Below, in pieces: positions 13,723 to 27,400 of a DNA stretch of 64,000 bases. The stretch is from Dimorphilus gyrociliatus. Lineage: Eukaryota > Animalia > Annelida. The DNA is taken from positions 930,001 through 994,000 of the forward strand of contig CAJFCJ010000018.1 in NCBI GenBank assembly GCA_904063045.1, given 5' to 3'. The translations under genes were made by a program, and so were the position numbers. Numbering within the stretch: the first letter of the stretch is position 1; every line of letters begins with the position of its first letter. Under the pieces are notes generated by a model. It saw nothing but the letters and a program-made list of their open reading frames with translations, was not told where the DNA came from and searched no databases.

Positions 13723-15024
13723 TTGTGTATATTAACATATTGGCAGCTACTATTAGACTTTTCCCAATTTCCTTTCTTTGTTCAACCCTTATTAGATTAT
13801 TTAATGGAATAGTTGTAGCATTATTTTTTAAACGTTAATAATTGTAATTTATATAAAAAATATAAAATATTCATAGTTAATAAGTTATTATACAGATGCA
13901 GCGAGTATAGGCTTTTATATTTATTTTTCAATGCTATTCTCAATAAATATGAATATCTGTCAATATTATCTAAGAATTAGTTTAACTTTACTTGTTAATT
14001 TCAAATATTGACTGGAAAAGTGTAATCATCACCGCCAAAAGGTGCCTATTACCTGGGTTTTGTATGTAATCACGTTATTGCCTGAAGGAGCCTGTTGCTG
14101 GTACCAAATTTATAGTATATACTGTCAACTATATACTGTATATAGTATATATAATTTTCTTAAGAAAATCAATATTGTGCAGGTTATGTCATTCTTTTAA
14201 CTAACTTCCTATTTTCAAATAGATTTTATGGACGGGACATTTAAAAACTAATACTGTACATGTTAAAGATGCTTGTAAAGCTATTTGGCATTTATGTGAA
14301 CGAGTACCCCCAAGAAATGTCTTTCATTTAGCCGATAAAGGTTCTACAAGTAAGTTTAAATAGTTATTTTGATTAAAGAATAAAAATATATCCTCGTATA
14401 CGCTCTCGCTCTTGTTCCCTTCCAATTTAGATCAAGCAGTTTTGGCTTCAATAGTTTCAGAGATATTCGATATTGAATGCGAATTTGTTGGATCACTCTT
14501 ATCCAAGGTCGCCAAGGTAAATTATTACATAGAATTTTTTTTATTCAATAATAACTACGCTTCCGTATTTATATATATTCTCTATAGAGTAATTTAAGCG
14601 ATTTAATTAGAGAAATGAATGAGAGTCATTTAGGAGCTTGGATAAATATTTGTGAACCAGAAAAAATTACAACACCTTTATCGCCTTTCTTGGCCGAGGT
14701 ATTGACTAATCAATTAATAAATTATTGCTTTATTGCCATTGATTATTTCGTTTTCTATTGATTTTTTTATTATTACGCAGGAAGAAGTTTATGATAGAAA
14801 TTTGAGTGTTGATGGTTCAAAAATTGAAGGTACAGGTTTTCAATATGACTATCCAAAAATCTCTACAAGTTTGATTAGAGAGGTAAATTTTAAGACATAT
14901 AACTAAACTTTATTCATTATTTACCTCTGGTATTATATTAACGCAAATATTAATAATAATTACACAGGTAATCGAAGAATACATTGACGAGAAACGTTTT
15001 CCAAAATCGATTATATTAAGATAA
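11503..15024 (+). CDS. NAD(P)-dependent epimerase/dehydratase-like (extended SDR) protein, about 13 small exons, largely missed by the ORF track
   Basis: Stitched exons: MSVLILG|GTGFIGRNLVQYLVEN (GxxGxxG), VVNCAAETK, KKYIELST, IILRLVNVYGPGD, NTVHVKDACKAIWHL, SVDGSKIEGTGFQYDYP, VIEEYIDEKRFPKSIILR*. Confidence 0.85.
11726..11739. promoter_or_regulatory. Perfect 14-bp palindrome TGATCACGTGATCA (E-box core) in an intron of the epimerase gene
   Basis: Read directly from the sequence; function is inferred. Confidence 0.3.
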
Positions 15025-15059
15025 AACAAATGACGAGTCTGTCAAATTACCAAGATTTT

Positions 15060-15140
15060 CCTCCGTCTGTCTATCTCCCTCTCTCTTTCTCTTTGTCTAC
15101 TTGGCTCTCTTTCTCTCTCTCTCTCTCGCTCTCGTCTTAT
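15060..15140. repeat. CT-rich imperfect microsatellite
   Basis: Runs of ctctct in the 3' region of the epimerase gene; explains spurious ORF 15030-15281. Confidence 0.7.
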
Positions 15141-15659
15141 ATCTTTTTATTTTTTAATATTTTCATTTTATTCTTTATTGAAAATTTTATTTGGATGTGG
15201 TCGAAAAGAAATATGAAGAAAAAACACGAAATTTTACAATTTAAACTGTCTCAGAAATTTCAAAAAAATACAATTTTCTAATTTTTTATTCTTACTTTTA
15301 AACATATAAACAGATAATAAAGATTAGGAAAAGTAAGCTATATTTCATATATTTTCCATCCAAATGAAATACATTAGCAATATATGGAAGAGATAATCAA
15401 TAAGTGGGAACTTATTTTTCGAAAGCAAGTACTTGTGTTAGATTTGCATTATCTCTTACCTTAATCAGGTCAATTATCATCTATTTACAATAATGACATT
15501 ATTAAGTTACAAATAACTAATGATCAGCAGTTCTGGTAAGATTTAGATTTATTATTAGAACAACAACAAAATTTTATCATTCTTCCTAATATTTTTAGAG
15601 ATTTACACGCAAGTTGAAAACAATTTACATAACAATTAAGAGAAAATATTTTACACTAG

Positions 15660-17428
15660 TCACAAAGATGGTTTAGTCGCGGTTTTCTTGATTGTCCATT
15701 CATCCTTTCTTAATTGCTGCAACTCTCTAACGGTTTTGGCCTTCCAACCTAGCCAAATAAATCCGATAATAAAACAGACAAATGACTCAATATAGTAACC
15801 ATCGATACGAGTAACGCACGATCCTCCGTCTGCTTGACAAGTTTTCATTGTTAAAGGTTCCACCATCCAGAGGGCAACAGTGCCTGGCCAATTACCGCCG
15901 AAATTCGAAATTGTATTCAGCAAGGTCATATATGTTCCCCCTATTGCAGGATCGCTGATGGTTGCACTAAAACTCATTCCAGCTACGTACATACTATAGA
16001 TCGTAACTTGATGAAGGGCATACGATATTAAAAGAACGATATAGAAGTATCCGGCAATTGTACCCTTATCATCAGCCGTTTTAGGTGCCCACCATACTAA
16101 TACGGCTAACCAAGCTCCACCTAAAAGTCTAAATGGAATGGCTTTGAGGAAAACATTCATGGGATTTGGACCAGTAGTATATTTGCTAATAAATATTGGC
16201 AGAATAATTTGAACTGGTATCATTGGTATGGAAAAAAGAGCTAATTTTTCTCTCGGTACACCTCCTTCAATAAGCTTTAAGGCAGTAACAGCATCACAAG
16301 CTGCAAAGCCAATCTGAAAAAAAAATTGATTATTTTTTTTGTCCAGGATTTTTTCTTCAATAGAGAAAGGAAACTCAAGTAAAAAATTATAATTACCTTG
16401 CACGTTAGTAAAACGACAACTAACTTTCCAATTGACTTTAATTTAAATATACATAGAAGTAATTTATAAGTTTCGATTAAACCAAATTCTTCATCATTAT
16501 TTTCGGCAGCTGCATTTCTTTCCTTTTTGAAAACTGACACTAGAGTCGTTGTAATTAGAAAAACAATCCCACACCCTTTCAAAAAAGCTAATAGGATAAA
16601 GAAAAAGTGTTATTAGCGATGTTTTTTTCAAAAAGAAAATGAGGGAAAATTTGCTAATTAAATACTCACTACTCAATGTAACAATTCCAGTAGGATATGG
16701 TGTGCTTCGAAGAAAATTATTACAGAAATCTGGCGATTCTAAAGCCAAGAATACTACATTGCCTATAAAGTAACCTGCTGTTTGACCAACAGTGTTACAA
16801 GTCGATGCCCAGGCTACATTTTGTCTAATATAAATAAGAAATAGAAATTACTATGATTAATAGGCTATACAGAAATATTACGGTTTAACGATTACCTAGA
16901 AAGCATTGTCAAAGCCCATCCGTCAACAGCAATATCCTGGGTAGCAGCCAAGAAATTCAAGAGGAAAAAGATAGCAGTCAGTAAATATATGTTCAAATTG
17001 CCTTCGTCCATTATTTGGGAAATAAATAGGGATAAAGCCAACATGAAAATCCCAATAAGATACTGAACGGGAACTAGCCACGATTTTCTTCTTCCAAACG
17101 AGGTAATATATAAAGAATCCACAATAGGAGCCCACAATAACTTCACTGAGAATGGCCAATATACAAAACTAAACAGGGCTTGATCATTATATGATACTTT
17201 CCTAGTTGATAATAGATAGGGTATAGCCCCTGCAAGACCTAATGGAATGCCTTGTAGAACATACAAAAACATTAAAAGTGCTATGTTTTTTCTGTCTCCT
17301 TCGATCTGAGTACACATCTGCTGACAGTCTTTGTTCGATTTATTTTCATAATTATCTGAATTTGCCATATTGTTCAACTCTGAATTTTCAGGGGCAGTTG
17401 CTTTCCTTCGTTTGGCTTCGTTTTGCAT
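15660..17428 (-). CDS. SLC33A1: Acetyl-CoA transporter 1 (MFS), 3 exons
   Basis: LLMFLYVLQGIPLGL, VYWPFSVKLLWAPIVD, ATQDIAVDGWALTML, IGGTYMTLLNTISNFGGNWP. Confidence 0.96.
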
Positions 17429-17653
17429 TACTGTCTAAAAGCGAAAAATATGTACTGCACGAATTTATGGATTGTAACAGATGAGCAAATAAGTCAACGT
17501 AATTTAACGATGAATCATCAACCTAGTTTTTTACATTAGTGAAATCAAAGAAGATTATCTCTTAACACTAACTTTGACTGTCTCAATCGATATATCTTCG
17601 ATCCTCTTATATCTCACTTGTTACACGTACTCGTAGCAGACTAATATTCTGAT

Positions 17654-17680
17654 GTCACGTGACGTTAACTTCCTCTTTTA
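17654..17680 (+). promoter_or_regulatory. Bidirectional SLC33A1/RPL29 promoter: GTCACGTGAC palindrome followed by a polypyrimidine TCT/5'TOP-like initiator (CTTCCTCTTTT)
   Basis: GTCACGTGAC at 17654-17663 and a pyrimidine tract at about 17669-17679, followed by a probable 5'UTR intron (GTTAGT at about 17697 to TACAG at about 17815) before the RPL29 ATG. Confidence 0.6.
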
Positions 17681-17830
17681 ATATCGCTCGCTATAGGTTA
17701 GTGCCTCTCCGTAAAATCCTTAAATATCTTCGTTAATTTCATCCAAAAATTCACAACTCGTGGATCTATTACCATAATAATATTAAGCCAACTATATATC
17801 TCATTTTCGTTACAGTAATTCATCTATAAA

Positions 17831-18256
17831 ATGGCGAAGTCGAAGAATCATACAAATCATAACCAAAGTACGTATTTTAACGAGTTAAACTCGTCTGGAA
17901 ATCATTTTTCTTTACAAAATACTTGTATTTCAGACCGTAAACAACATAGAAACGGAATTAAGCGTCCAAAGAAGCAAAGGTTTCCGTCATTGAAGGGAGT
18001 AAGTAGTTTGGGTTAAAAAATGCGTGTATTTATCAAGGCGAACCTATACAAGCCTGTTTCATTATTACTATTTAAGTTCAAAAATTATATATATCTCTTT
18101 CAAAATAATTTATAGCAGATTATTTTACATGAAATGCTGTAATTTTATTCCCCAAAACTTAATTTGATTGTTTTGCTACAGGTTGACCCTAAATTCTTGA
18201 GAAACATGCGTTACGCCAAGAAGCACAACAAGCCCGCTGTCAATACGCAAAAATAA
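17831..18256 (+). CDS. RPL29: 60S ribosomal protein L29 (eL29), 3 coding exons
   Basis: [12 protein letters not shown]|[22 protein letters not shown]|[24 protein letters not shown]. Confidence 0.97.
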
Positions 18257-18579
18257 CTTTGCTTCGTTAATGCATTTTATCACATTCTGTGAATAAAATT
18301 GCTAATAAATGATCTAATAAGTCGAATTCAATATTTATTAAAAATTATAAGATAATATTTCAAATCAAAAAATATCCTTAGTATTTGTTAGTATTGAACA
18401 GAGAAATTAGCATTTCATTCAGAAAAAAATTTATTAATGAACGCTAGGACAGAAAATATATCCGATAAATGTATTTCTCTGATAATGTAAAGATTAATTT
18501 GAACTATATATTTTTAATCTGACCATTGAAAATATAAATTGAAAAATACCCTCTTCTCTTTAACTAATCTTTCATATAT

Positions 18580-21500
18580 CTACTTTGCATTTATCCTAGC
18601 TAGCTCTTCCTCTGCAATTTTTTTCTTTATAGCAAAAATTCTAGCTTCATCCTTATCACCTGTCCTAGCAATCCTTAGACATTCGCATTTATACTTCTCA
18701 ATTGAGATCTCAATATCAATCTTATATTGCTTCAAATTAATTTGATCTTTTAGTTTTTTACGAATTTCCTGTTCGATCTGTTCGTATAATTTGTATTCTT
18801 TAGAAAACCGAGCGCTTGATGCGGAATCAATATTCGGACGACTGCTGAGTTCTCGGAGTCTCTCTTTTTCAAATTTAATCACGTCCAAGGATAACATTCC
18901 ACTTCCCGACTTCTGAGGAGGAGAATTCCTGAAAGATTTATATTTTCCAATAATAAGAAATTTTGCAAGAAATATAGTACATTTATTTAAAATGTTAAAC
19001 CTCTTTAAACAAGATACAGCAGGTAAAAAGCCAATTGAAATTGACAAATCAATGAAATTATTGTAAATTTTGCTTTCAAGAAATAATACTGTGATCTTTT
19101 TTAAATAAACAAGACTTGCAGTTAACAATTATTAGAGTTCAGATGAAAATGTTCCTTCGCGTCTGCACTGGGACCGAGAGGTGTCGGCTTCGATGGGGAA
19201 GTCACAAGATGGCGCAAGCCTTCGATTTAACATTCCTGCCGCCAAGAATTTATATACATGCAATGTGACTTAAATAGTTTTACACTATTACGGAAAAAGT
19301 ACGAGTAGGTTAATACTATATTATGATTTCATATTTAAGATGATAAAATAAGAAACTATTAGAGCGAGCCTGATGGTCTCCATCATTAGATTACTCTATT
19401 TCCACGTTATAAAACCGATACTCAAATGAACAATGGCAGGCTCTAAATTATTTTCCCTCTAAAAGACTAACAATGCACATAAAACTCGTATCATCTCCAT
19501 TCAGCTATGGTAGTAGCAAAACGGAAAGAGAAGAGAATAAAGAAAAATTAATCAAAGAAACTTACTTTTGTCCCTGAGCGTAATTTGATGTGTTCATTGC
19601 TATAGAATGAGCTTGAGCAAAGGTATCGAGAACAAGCCATCTTTGATTGACATGTTCAATTTGACTTTTTCCACTAAGAGGCGTCCGAATTCGAACTTTC
19701 ACTTCTAATTTTCCACCGACTGCCTTTCTTCCTTCATACAAATCGTGCATTCCATGTAACTCGCAATGACTTTCCAGATCGATCAGCTTAATTGAAACAC
19801 TGCCCAGTAGTTTGTCGCTTTTCATGAAACCTGAAGAAAACAAATGTAATTATATTTACTTGTAGATCAATTATTGCGAATATTGTATATATAGGAAAAT
19901 AGAACGTTACCTCTTTTGTAATAGACATCAACTTTCAGATTTTTATGTTTAATTTGTCTCTGGAAAGCAGATGATTTTCTTTGTATATTTAACTTGGTAG
20001 AAAAATCATATTCAGGATTATTTGTTCCTTTTACTGTTGAGCCTAATTCTCCAGTTTGAGGTTCATCCTAGAATTATAAGAAGAGTATATACATTTTTTG
20101 TTTTGCAATAGATTTTTGGTGAATACCTTCGGAATAGGGAATTCATATTTCAAGTAGGTATTTAATTGATGAGGAGAATAGCCATCTGGAAGAGATAAAT
20201 TTATTCCTTTTACAACATGCAATTCCATATCATTATCTCCCAAATCTGCGCATGATCTAGATATAAGAAAGACAAAAATTTATGATAAGTAGTAAATTTC
20301 ATAAATTTTAATATCATCAATTTACATTACTATCGAGAAATTCTTTGTTTCGTAATGAAACCTTGGAGGTGGATCGTTGTGTTGAAATGCATTTTTCAAC
20401 GCCCCCAGATCCTTTCGAGCACATTTTGCCCATTCATCCAATTTATTTGACATATTAATATCTCCAAGTTTCAGGAAATGTTCGTGGTTCGTTTCGCACA
20501 TTCTAATTTGATCGATAAGATCTTGCTCTAATTTTTTGTAAACTTCTTCTCTATCACCTTCCGGTTCGTCTATAAAGCATTGTGGTTCACTTTGCTTTAA
20601 AGGTGGAGGAGGCAAATTACTCATATCGACTGGCAAGCCTTTTTCACTCGCTTCAACCATATTCTTCAGCCCTAAATATACTCTCAATGAATCTTTTGCT
20701 GATTCGAGGTCACCTTTTTTCTTTGCCTCTGCTGCAGCATACTTATACTCCATCTGTCGTCTTTGAAGAATTTGACGTTGTTGGGCTGCTCGTGAGAGGT
20801 TTGTTCCAGATTTTGGAGGTAATGGAGCCTATTGTTTGGAGAGAGAGGTAAAATGTAATCGTTTCTCAAAATTATGAATAAAAATTTACCGCTTTTTTAA
20901 CAACTTTTTGCTCAACTGGTTTTGGTGTTGGCAGTGGGAGGGGAGATAATGGCTTTACATTTGACACCACCGGTTGCACAGGCTCATTTGTTTGCATAGG
21001 TATAGCAGGAAAGCCGGGTGGGCATGGAAGTTCTTCGAAATCAACTTGTCTTCCAGTCTTATGTGCCTTAATTGCCTCCTCATATTGTTTAACAATTCGT
21101 TTAAAGCGTCGACTTTTGCTGTTGTTCTTTGCTTCTTCAGCCTTAGCTAATTCAGACGCATACTTTTCTTTACGCTGCTGTAAAGCTTGTAAAATATTAC
21201 GGGGTGCCTCTGGAACTCCTAATAACTTTTTTGCTTCCTCTTCTGCTTGCGGATCAAGATCAATTTGAGGCTCTTGTTGATCAGATGATGTTGTGGGTGG
21301 AGGGGGAGGCATTTTGCTTAAATCTACAGCTTCACCTTTCATCATAGCCTCTAGGACAGTATCAAATTGCTGCAACAAATAGAAATGGAAAACATTAACA
21401 AAGGTAAAGACAAATGAGAACATATTTAATGTATAAAAAACTTTACTTACTTTGGAAGTACTTAAATACTTTCTAGCAGTCTCTAAATCACCTCTTTCTT

Positions 21501-22482
21501 TGGCCTTAAGTGCCGCTTGTTTATATAATAAACCTCTTTCTTTAACAACTCTTGCAGAATCATTTTGTTGCACTGGTAAGGACGGCGGTGCTACAGCAAC
21601 GGGTTTGGGCTCTGTTTGCCGTGGACCTTTGTTTTTTTTTATGAATGAGAATTAGACAAAATCTATAAAAGAAAAAAAGCCTATATATTAAAAACTACCA
21701 ACTTTCGCGCTCTTCATTGTAAATTTTCACTGGTTCAGGCTTAGGTTGAGCTTGAGATTGTGATTGTGCAGAAGCAGCTAAATTATGATTTGAAGTGCTA
21801 ACAGTAACAGCCGGAGGTATATCTTCGTTACTAATCATATTTCCTATTAGTTTGTTTATTATCATTTTGAAGGAAAAATAGATAAATAAAGTATATTAGT
21901 TTATGAAAATATATAATATGGCAGATCAAACCTGATTTAGCTCGTTTCAGTTGTTCTTGTAAGGTCTTTATTCCTCTATCCATTCTGCGAGCCTGTAAAG
22001 AGTTAAAAAAAATTAAAGATTTACTTAAAATAGATACGCCTTTGAAAACCAATAGCTATTTATTTGAGGTTTCCATTAAAAATTTCTGTGTTATATTTGA
22101 AACTGAGTAAGAACAGTCTAATTATCTTTTCATCAATCATTATTAACATTTTAATTAGAGAATTAGCTCCATCCATCATTTTTATTTTCGATTTTACGAC
22201 TTATATTATCCAATAGAAACAAATTTGTTATTGTTTTAATAAATTAATTCTAATAAAGAATTCAACTAACTTTACTCTGATCATGAGCTGTTCTAGCATT
22301 TTGCTGAGCTGTTCTATACATTACGAGCCTTTCTTCAATAACTTGAACAATTGTAGGTCCACTATTTAAAGGATTCATTGTCGCATCGGGGATTTTTTCA
22401 GGAGATCTTTTCGGAGACGACGGACCACTAGCTTCCATTGCAAGCATCTCTAACTCATCCTATACATAAAGCATACAGTATG

Positions 22483-22529
<47 letters not shown>

Positions 22530-23962
22530 CAGCAGCTGATTTACTTATATGAAAATCGGGTTAAATAAAAAGGATAAAGACTGCGTAGTATTAATTGCTT
22601 AAAAGCGCACTTGGATTTCTATTTTATGCAAAGATATAAAGCTTACTTCAATTTTCAAGGAAGATAGAATCTTTTTTGTCAATTTTCGTATAAAGAATAG
22701 TTAACAATATATAAATAATTATCGATTCCTTTTATATTTATATATATAGCTATTATTTAACATATCAATATACGAATGAAAATTTGAAACAAATACTGTC
22801 ATATGAATAGATCTTTCCCCTCTCTTTCTCCAATCTATCATTGACAATGGTGACAAACTATATAATTTAGTAAATATTTAAAAAAATTATCCACCTACTA
22901 TATACAGTTCTTATTACTACATGTATGTTTTTATTTTTTAATGAGTAAACCTTACTTTCAGCTAAGTTTGTATACAATTGTGTTATTTTATTTAAAATAC
23001 CAAACAAAACTCTATGGAATACTGTTTTTTATCATTATTAAAAAAAAATTCAACTACAGAATATTTGTATTCCATTTACAACAGTTATGTTACTCGTTTA
23101 ATGTCAACAGGTATAGCTGGGGAAGTCTATAAACCGTTAATGTTAATAGTTTCCCTTTGAGAGAAGATTAACGATTTATTGAGGAAACAGACTTAAGTAA
23201 TAAATATTACTTGCATAAGAAATAAAATGTATACTTTAATCGCAGTATACATTTTTGACATATTTATCTATTTTGTTTAAAAATAGTATTTTGTATAACA
23301 AAAAATGACATTATGTAATTTTAAAATGGTTTATGCAAGAATGGAAAGGCAAACCTCTATTTCAGGATCATCTGAATCAGACACTTCGAGATCGATTGGT
23401 TCGTCAACGTTGGAAATAATCTTTTGTAACTCTTTTTCACTTATACTCTTCGGAACGGAACGTTTGGCTTTTTTTTGAGATTTGCTCTCTTTCACCTGCT
23501 CTCCAGCTAATGCTGCCAATTCAGCTTCCAAGTCTTCGTCATCATTCTCGTTAAAATTGTTCGAAGGTGTCGCCGTAAGATCACCACTGTCCGGGATCGC
23601 TAGTCCCATCTGATGGGTATATTTGTGTTAACATTACGTTAGACATAAATATTGATTAATACAATTATATTGTTCTAATTTACAGTAGAATATATATGCT
23701 AATATAAATAAAATATGACAACACTAACAGAAGGTTTCTATTCATTCCGTGCTTAATTATTATCTTATTTAAATGTAAATTAGCATGACCTTAATAAAAA
23801 GAGATTTTCAGATCGTAATTTTACATTAAACATCTTAACAGATTAAATGACAATATCAGTATGATCCATAAATGAGAGAACATAACTAACTTGCTGCATC
23901 AAAGCTTGGCCTCTGCCAGCTGAAGATTGTCGTTTCTCTGTAGTTTTCTTTTTTCCAAACAT
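18580..23962 (-). CDS. CC2D1: CC2D1/Lgd: 4 DM14 repeats, C2 domain and a CC2D1A-type C-terminal helical exon (18928-18580)
   Basis: Start MFGKKKTTEK. DM14 repeats, e.g. ERGLLYKQAALKAKERGDLETAR and QMEYKYAAAEAKKKGDLESAK. C2 end GRKAVGGKLEVKVRIRTPL...RWLVLD. A phase-2 intron (19565-18929) joins to SLDVIKFEKERL...RIARTGDKDEARIFAIKKKIAEEELARI, similar to the CC2D1A tail. Confidence 0.92.
22485..22527. repeat. (TA)n microsatellite in a CC2D1 intron
   Basis: About 20 TA units, preceded by TACAGTA. Similar TA tracts occur at about 12030 and 13690. Confidence 0.9.
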
Positions 23963-24438
23963 TCTTTATTATTATTCCATACTAATCTTTACTGATTAGA
24001 GTATAATTTAACCAAGGTATTTGATAACTTTCAACTGGTGAAAATGAATCATAAATAAAACTACAATTCAGGGGGTATTCCGTAAAAGCTGGACAGAATG
24101 TTATTCCAATATTAAATATCCGGATTATAGTGGGAATTAGATAATTTACTTCCTTTTTAAATAAACTTTTAAAAATTTATTCTTGTCAGAGATCACTTGA
24201 CAGATAACTCAATTTATTATTTGAATTTTAACCTGTTTGTATTAGGATTTTTTTAGTAAAAATTTGAAATTTACTGCCATCTGCTGGAATATATAAAACT
24301 AATTAATTTACTTATTTCCCGTCAAGATAGCGAAATTTAATTGTTAGGAAAAAATTGAAATGGATGTCCCACTTAAAATAAGTGTCAGACATTTCGGAAA
24401 CAAAAAAGATTGGCATGCTCAAGGTCAAGGTAGTCAAA

Positions 24439-27400
24439 ATGGCCGAAAACGGCGGGAAGGAATGTATGATTATCTTTTTTTACTAATAATCACAACTTAT
24501 TTATATAGAACAAAATAATCATCATCATTTAACAAGTCATTGCAAATTTTTCTAAGAATTCTTAATTTTTTAGCCTCGTCGGACTTAAAAATTCAGGCTT
24601 TAGAAAAGAAAATTCAAGAGCTTCAAAACGAAATAAAAGAAAAAGACAAAAAAATAGCCTTTTTAACGAAACAGAACAAAGCTAATGTTATAAAGAACGA
24701 TAAATTAAACGATGAGAAATCTAACGGATTAAAAAACTTAACTAAAGCAGCCGACGAGAATTCATCGACATCTGATGGTTTAAAAAAGTTAACTGAAGCA
24801 GCCATCAAGAATTCACCAAAATCCAATAAACAATCTAGCATTGCTTCAAAGTCAAAAAATAATAATTTTAAAAAATCTTTTACAAATGAAACTTCTTTAA
24901 ATATTAAAGAGTCAAATAGTAGTGATAGTGATAGCGATTGGGGAGAATTAGATGGAACGAAAGATAACAATTTAACAGATCAGGGAAAAGAAATTAAAAG
25001 AATTTTACAAGAAAATGAAATGGAAAAATTAACAAAAACTTTATCGAAAACAAAGAAAATTTTAAAAACTACAACTCGTAAGTATAAAGTTTATAAAATT
25101 ATTCCAATTCTTCTATCTAACTCTATTATTCATACCTAAATCTGACAAAAGAAGCTAATTATAGACAGACAATAAGCTCTCTTTTTGGACAATTTAATAG
25201 TTTATATACGTAGATAAATACTTAGAGAATCTACAGTATATCTATATTTTGAAATAATTCCCTTTTTTATGACATACATTTAGCTCACAGTTCATCAACC
25301 TCTAATAAACCCACAAATGGAATGAATATTTATAGAGAAGAATATTCTGGAATAAGAATAATGTTAGTAGAGATTTGTATCTTTTGATTTATACTATATA
25401 TATATATTTTTTTTTTATATAAAAATATAAACTGAGTGATATAAAATCCAAAGGAACTTCAACAATTATTCTTCAGGTGAAAAAATATCCTAATTAATAA
25501 TTGCACGCCTCTTTTCCATAGAAATCCAAAAGTTTCCTATGATGAAATGAGAAGGATGATGGAAGGGAAAGATTATGTGAAATTATTAAATATCCAATCA
25601 TCCTTGAAAGATTCGCCCAACGACTGGGTAACAATGGGAGTGATAGTGAATAAAATGAATGGTCTAACATCGAGAAATGTGCGTTTCTAATCTTTCCAAT
25701 TGTAAGTCTCATAATGAGGATATTTGTTTTTAGGGAAACAAATATGGAAAATGGTTCATGTCTGATCTGTCGAACTGTCAGAAATTTGTTTCCTTTATGC
25801 TCTTTAGCAAAACGCTGGAAGAGCATTGGAAAATATCGCAAGGGTCCGTTATTGCTTTATTGAATCCGAAGATAATGGAATCGTCCGAAAAGGTAAATAT
25901 TAATTGATCTTGAAAGATTATTGAGTTCTACTATTAATTTCACTTTTATTTAATATCTTATAGTTTAAAGGCGACGGAACAACCTTAACTATTGACAATC
26001 CAAAGAACCTACTTTTAATGGGTAGTTCAAAAGATTTTGGCATTTGTAAATCAACAACCGCAAAAGGAGCTAAGTGCAGTAATGTTGTAAATAAGTAAGA
26101 AGTTAATTATAAGATTAATCAGCTTTAAATAAAAAATATGTCTTTACCCTATTTCCCATAGACTTGTTTGTGAAGTTTGTGAATTTCATTTGAATAAAGC
26201 TCATAAACAATCGTTACAAAAACGGCCAGATTTAAATACCAGGTAATTATTTAAATAAGTTTATTTATGATATTTAAATCAATATCATTATTTTAGTTAT
26301 AGCGGTGTTGGAGTGCCAAAGAAGTTTAACATGTACAAGGATGCAAAAATGGTGTTCTATGGAGGAGAATCATATACGCCAAACAGATCTGCCAAAAAGT
26401 ATTCAATTATTAAAATTATATAATAAGATAAATGTTATCTATGAGTATTGTGTTGTGGTTTGTTAAATGTCTCATATGTTTTTATAGGCGTAAAATAACG
26501 CTGGAAAGCGTTATCGAGCATAAAAGAAAGGTGGGTTCAGAAGTTCCACTCTTTGCAAAAAACGACCCTGTACCTGAGAAAAAGATTGATAAAATGTCTC
26601 CGGCTTCCGATTGTGTGGAAAAGGGAAAATTGTTTGTTTCATTCTATAATACTTTCTTTTGTATTAAAATGCGTAAACAGACTAGACAGTCGTTGATTAA
26701 TGAATATTTTTTCTTCATGAAAATACTAATATAGAAAAGATTTATTACTCATTCCTTCACCTGGAGCAAGAAATCTCTTGGCGCAATTAAAAAAGGAAAG
26801 CGGTTACGAAGAGAAGGAAGAAGAATCTTTAAACTCTAAAGCGGCTTCCCCGGTAAAGAATATGAAAGCTTCCGAAATTTTAAATCTCGTTCACCAGAAT
26901 AAAACAAGGTTGTTAATTATTTATCATTCTTACTTTATTCTTTCTTTTCCCCTAATTTATTTAACGTTTACACATTTAATATTGTTTTTTAATAGAAAAT
27001 TTACATATTCACCAATAAAGTCATCACCTCAGAAAACTCGAGTATTTCCTACTCAAAAATCTGGTGATGGACCACAATTGGGTCGGGGTTTGGGTCAGTG
27101 GGACGAGGTAAACCTTGACCTTTCGCCTGAAGCTGATAATAGTACTAAGCAGAACAAAAAGGCTATTGGGAAAATCAGATTGTTCGGTGGAATTGAAAAG
27201 GAAGATCCAAATTGTATTCGTCCAAAAATAACAGACGAAAAGAAGAAATTAATAAGGGAAAAGGTTAATAAGGATATGGGAATCGATGATGTTGGAAAGG
27301 ACGATAAAAATACTCCTAAACGAAAGTTAATTGGTGGCTTGGACCTAAATGACCCAAAAGTTAGAGCATTAATAGATAAACAATCGGCGTACTCTGGTGC

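Noticed and set aside
13560-14110. GC-richer hairpin-forming patches in epimerase introns as snoRNAs
   Set aside because: No convincing C/D or H/ACA box arrangement was found.
19125-19280. Calling this island RNase P/MRP RNA, or a hammerhead, twister or HDV ribozyme
   Set aside because: CR-I to CR-V spacing is too short and the ribozyme core motifs are incomplete. Kept only as a generic structured-RNA candidate.
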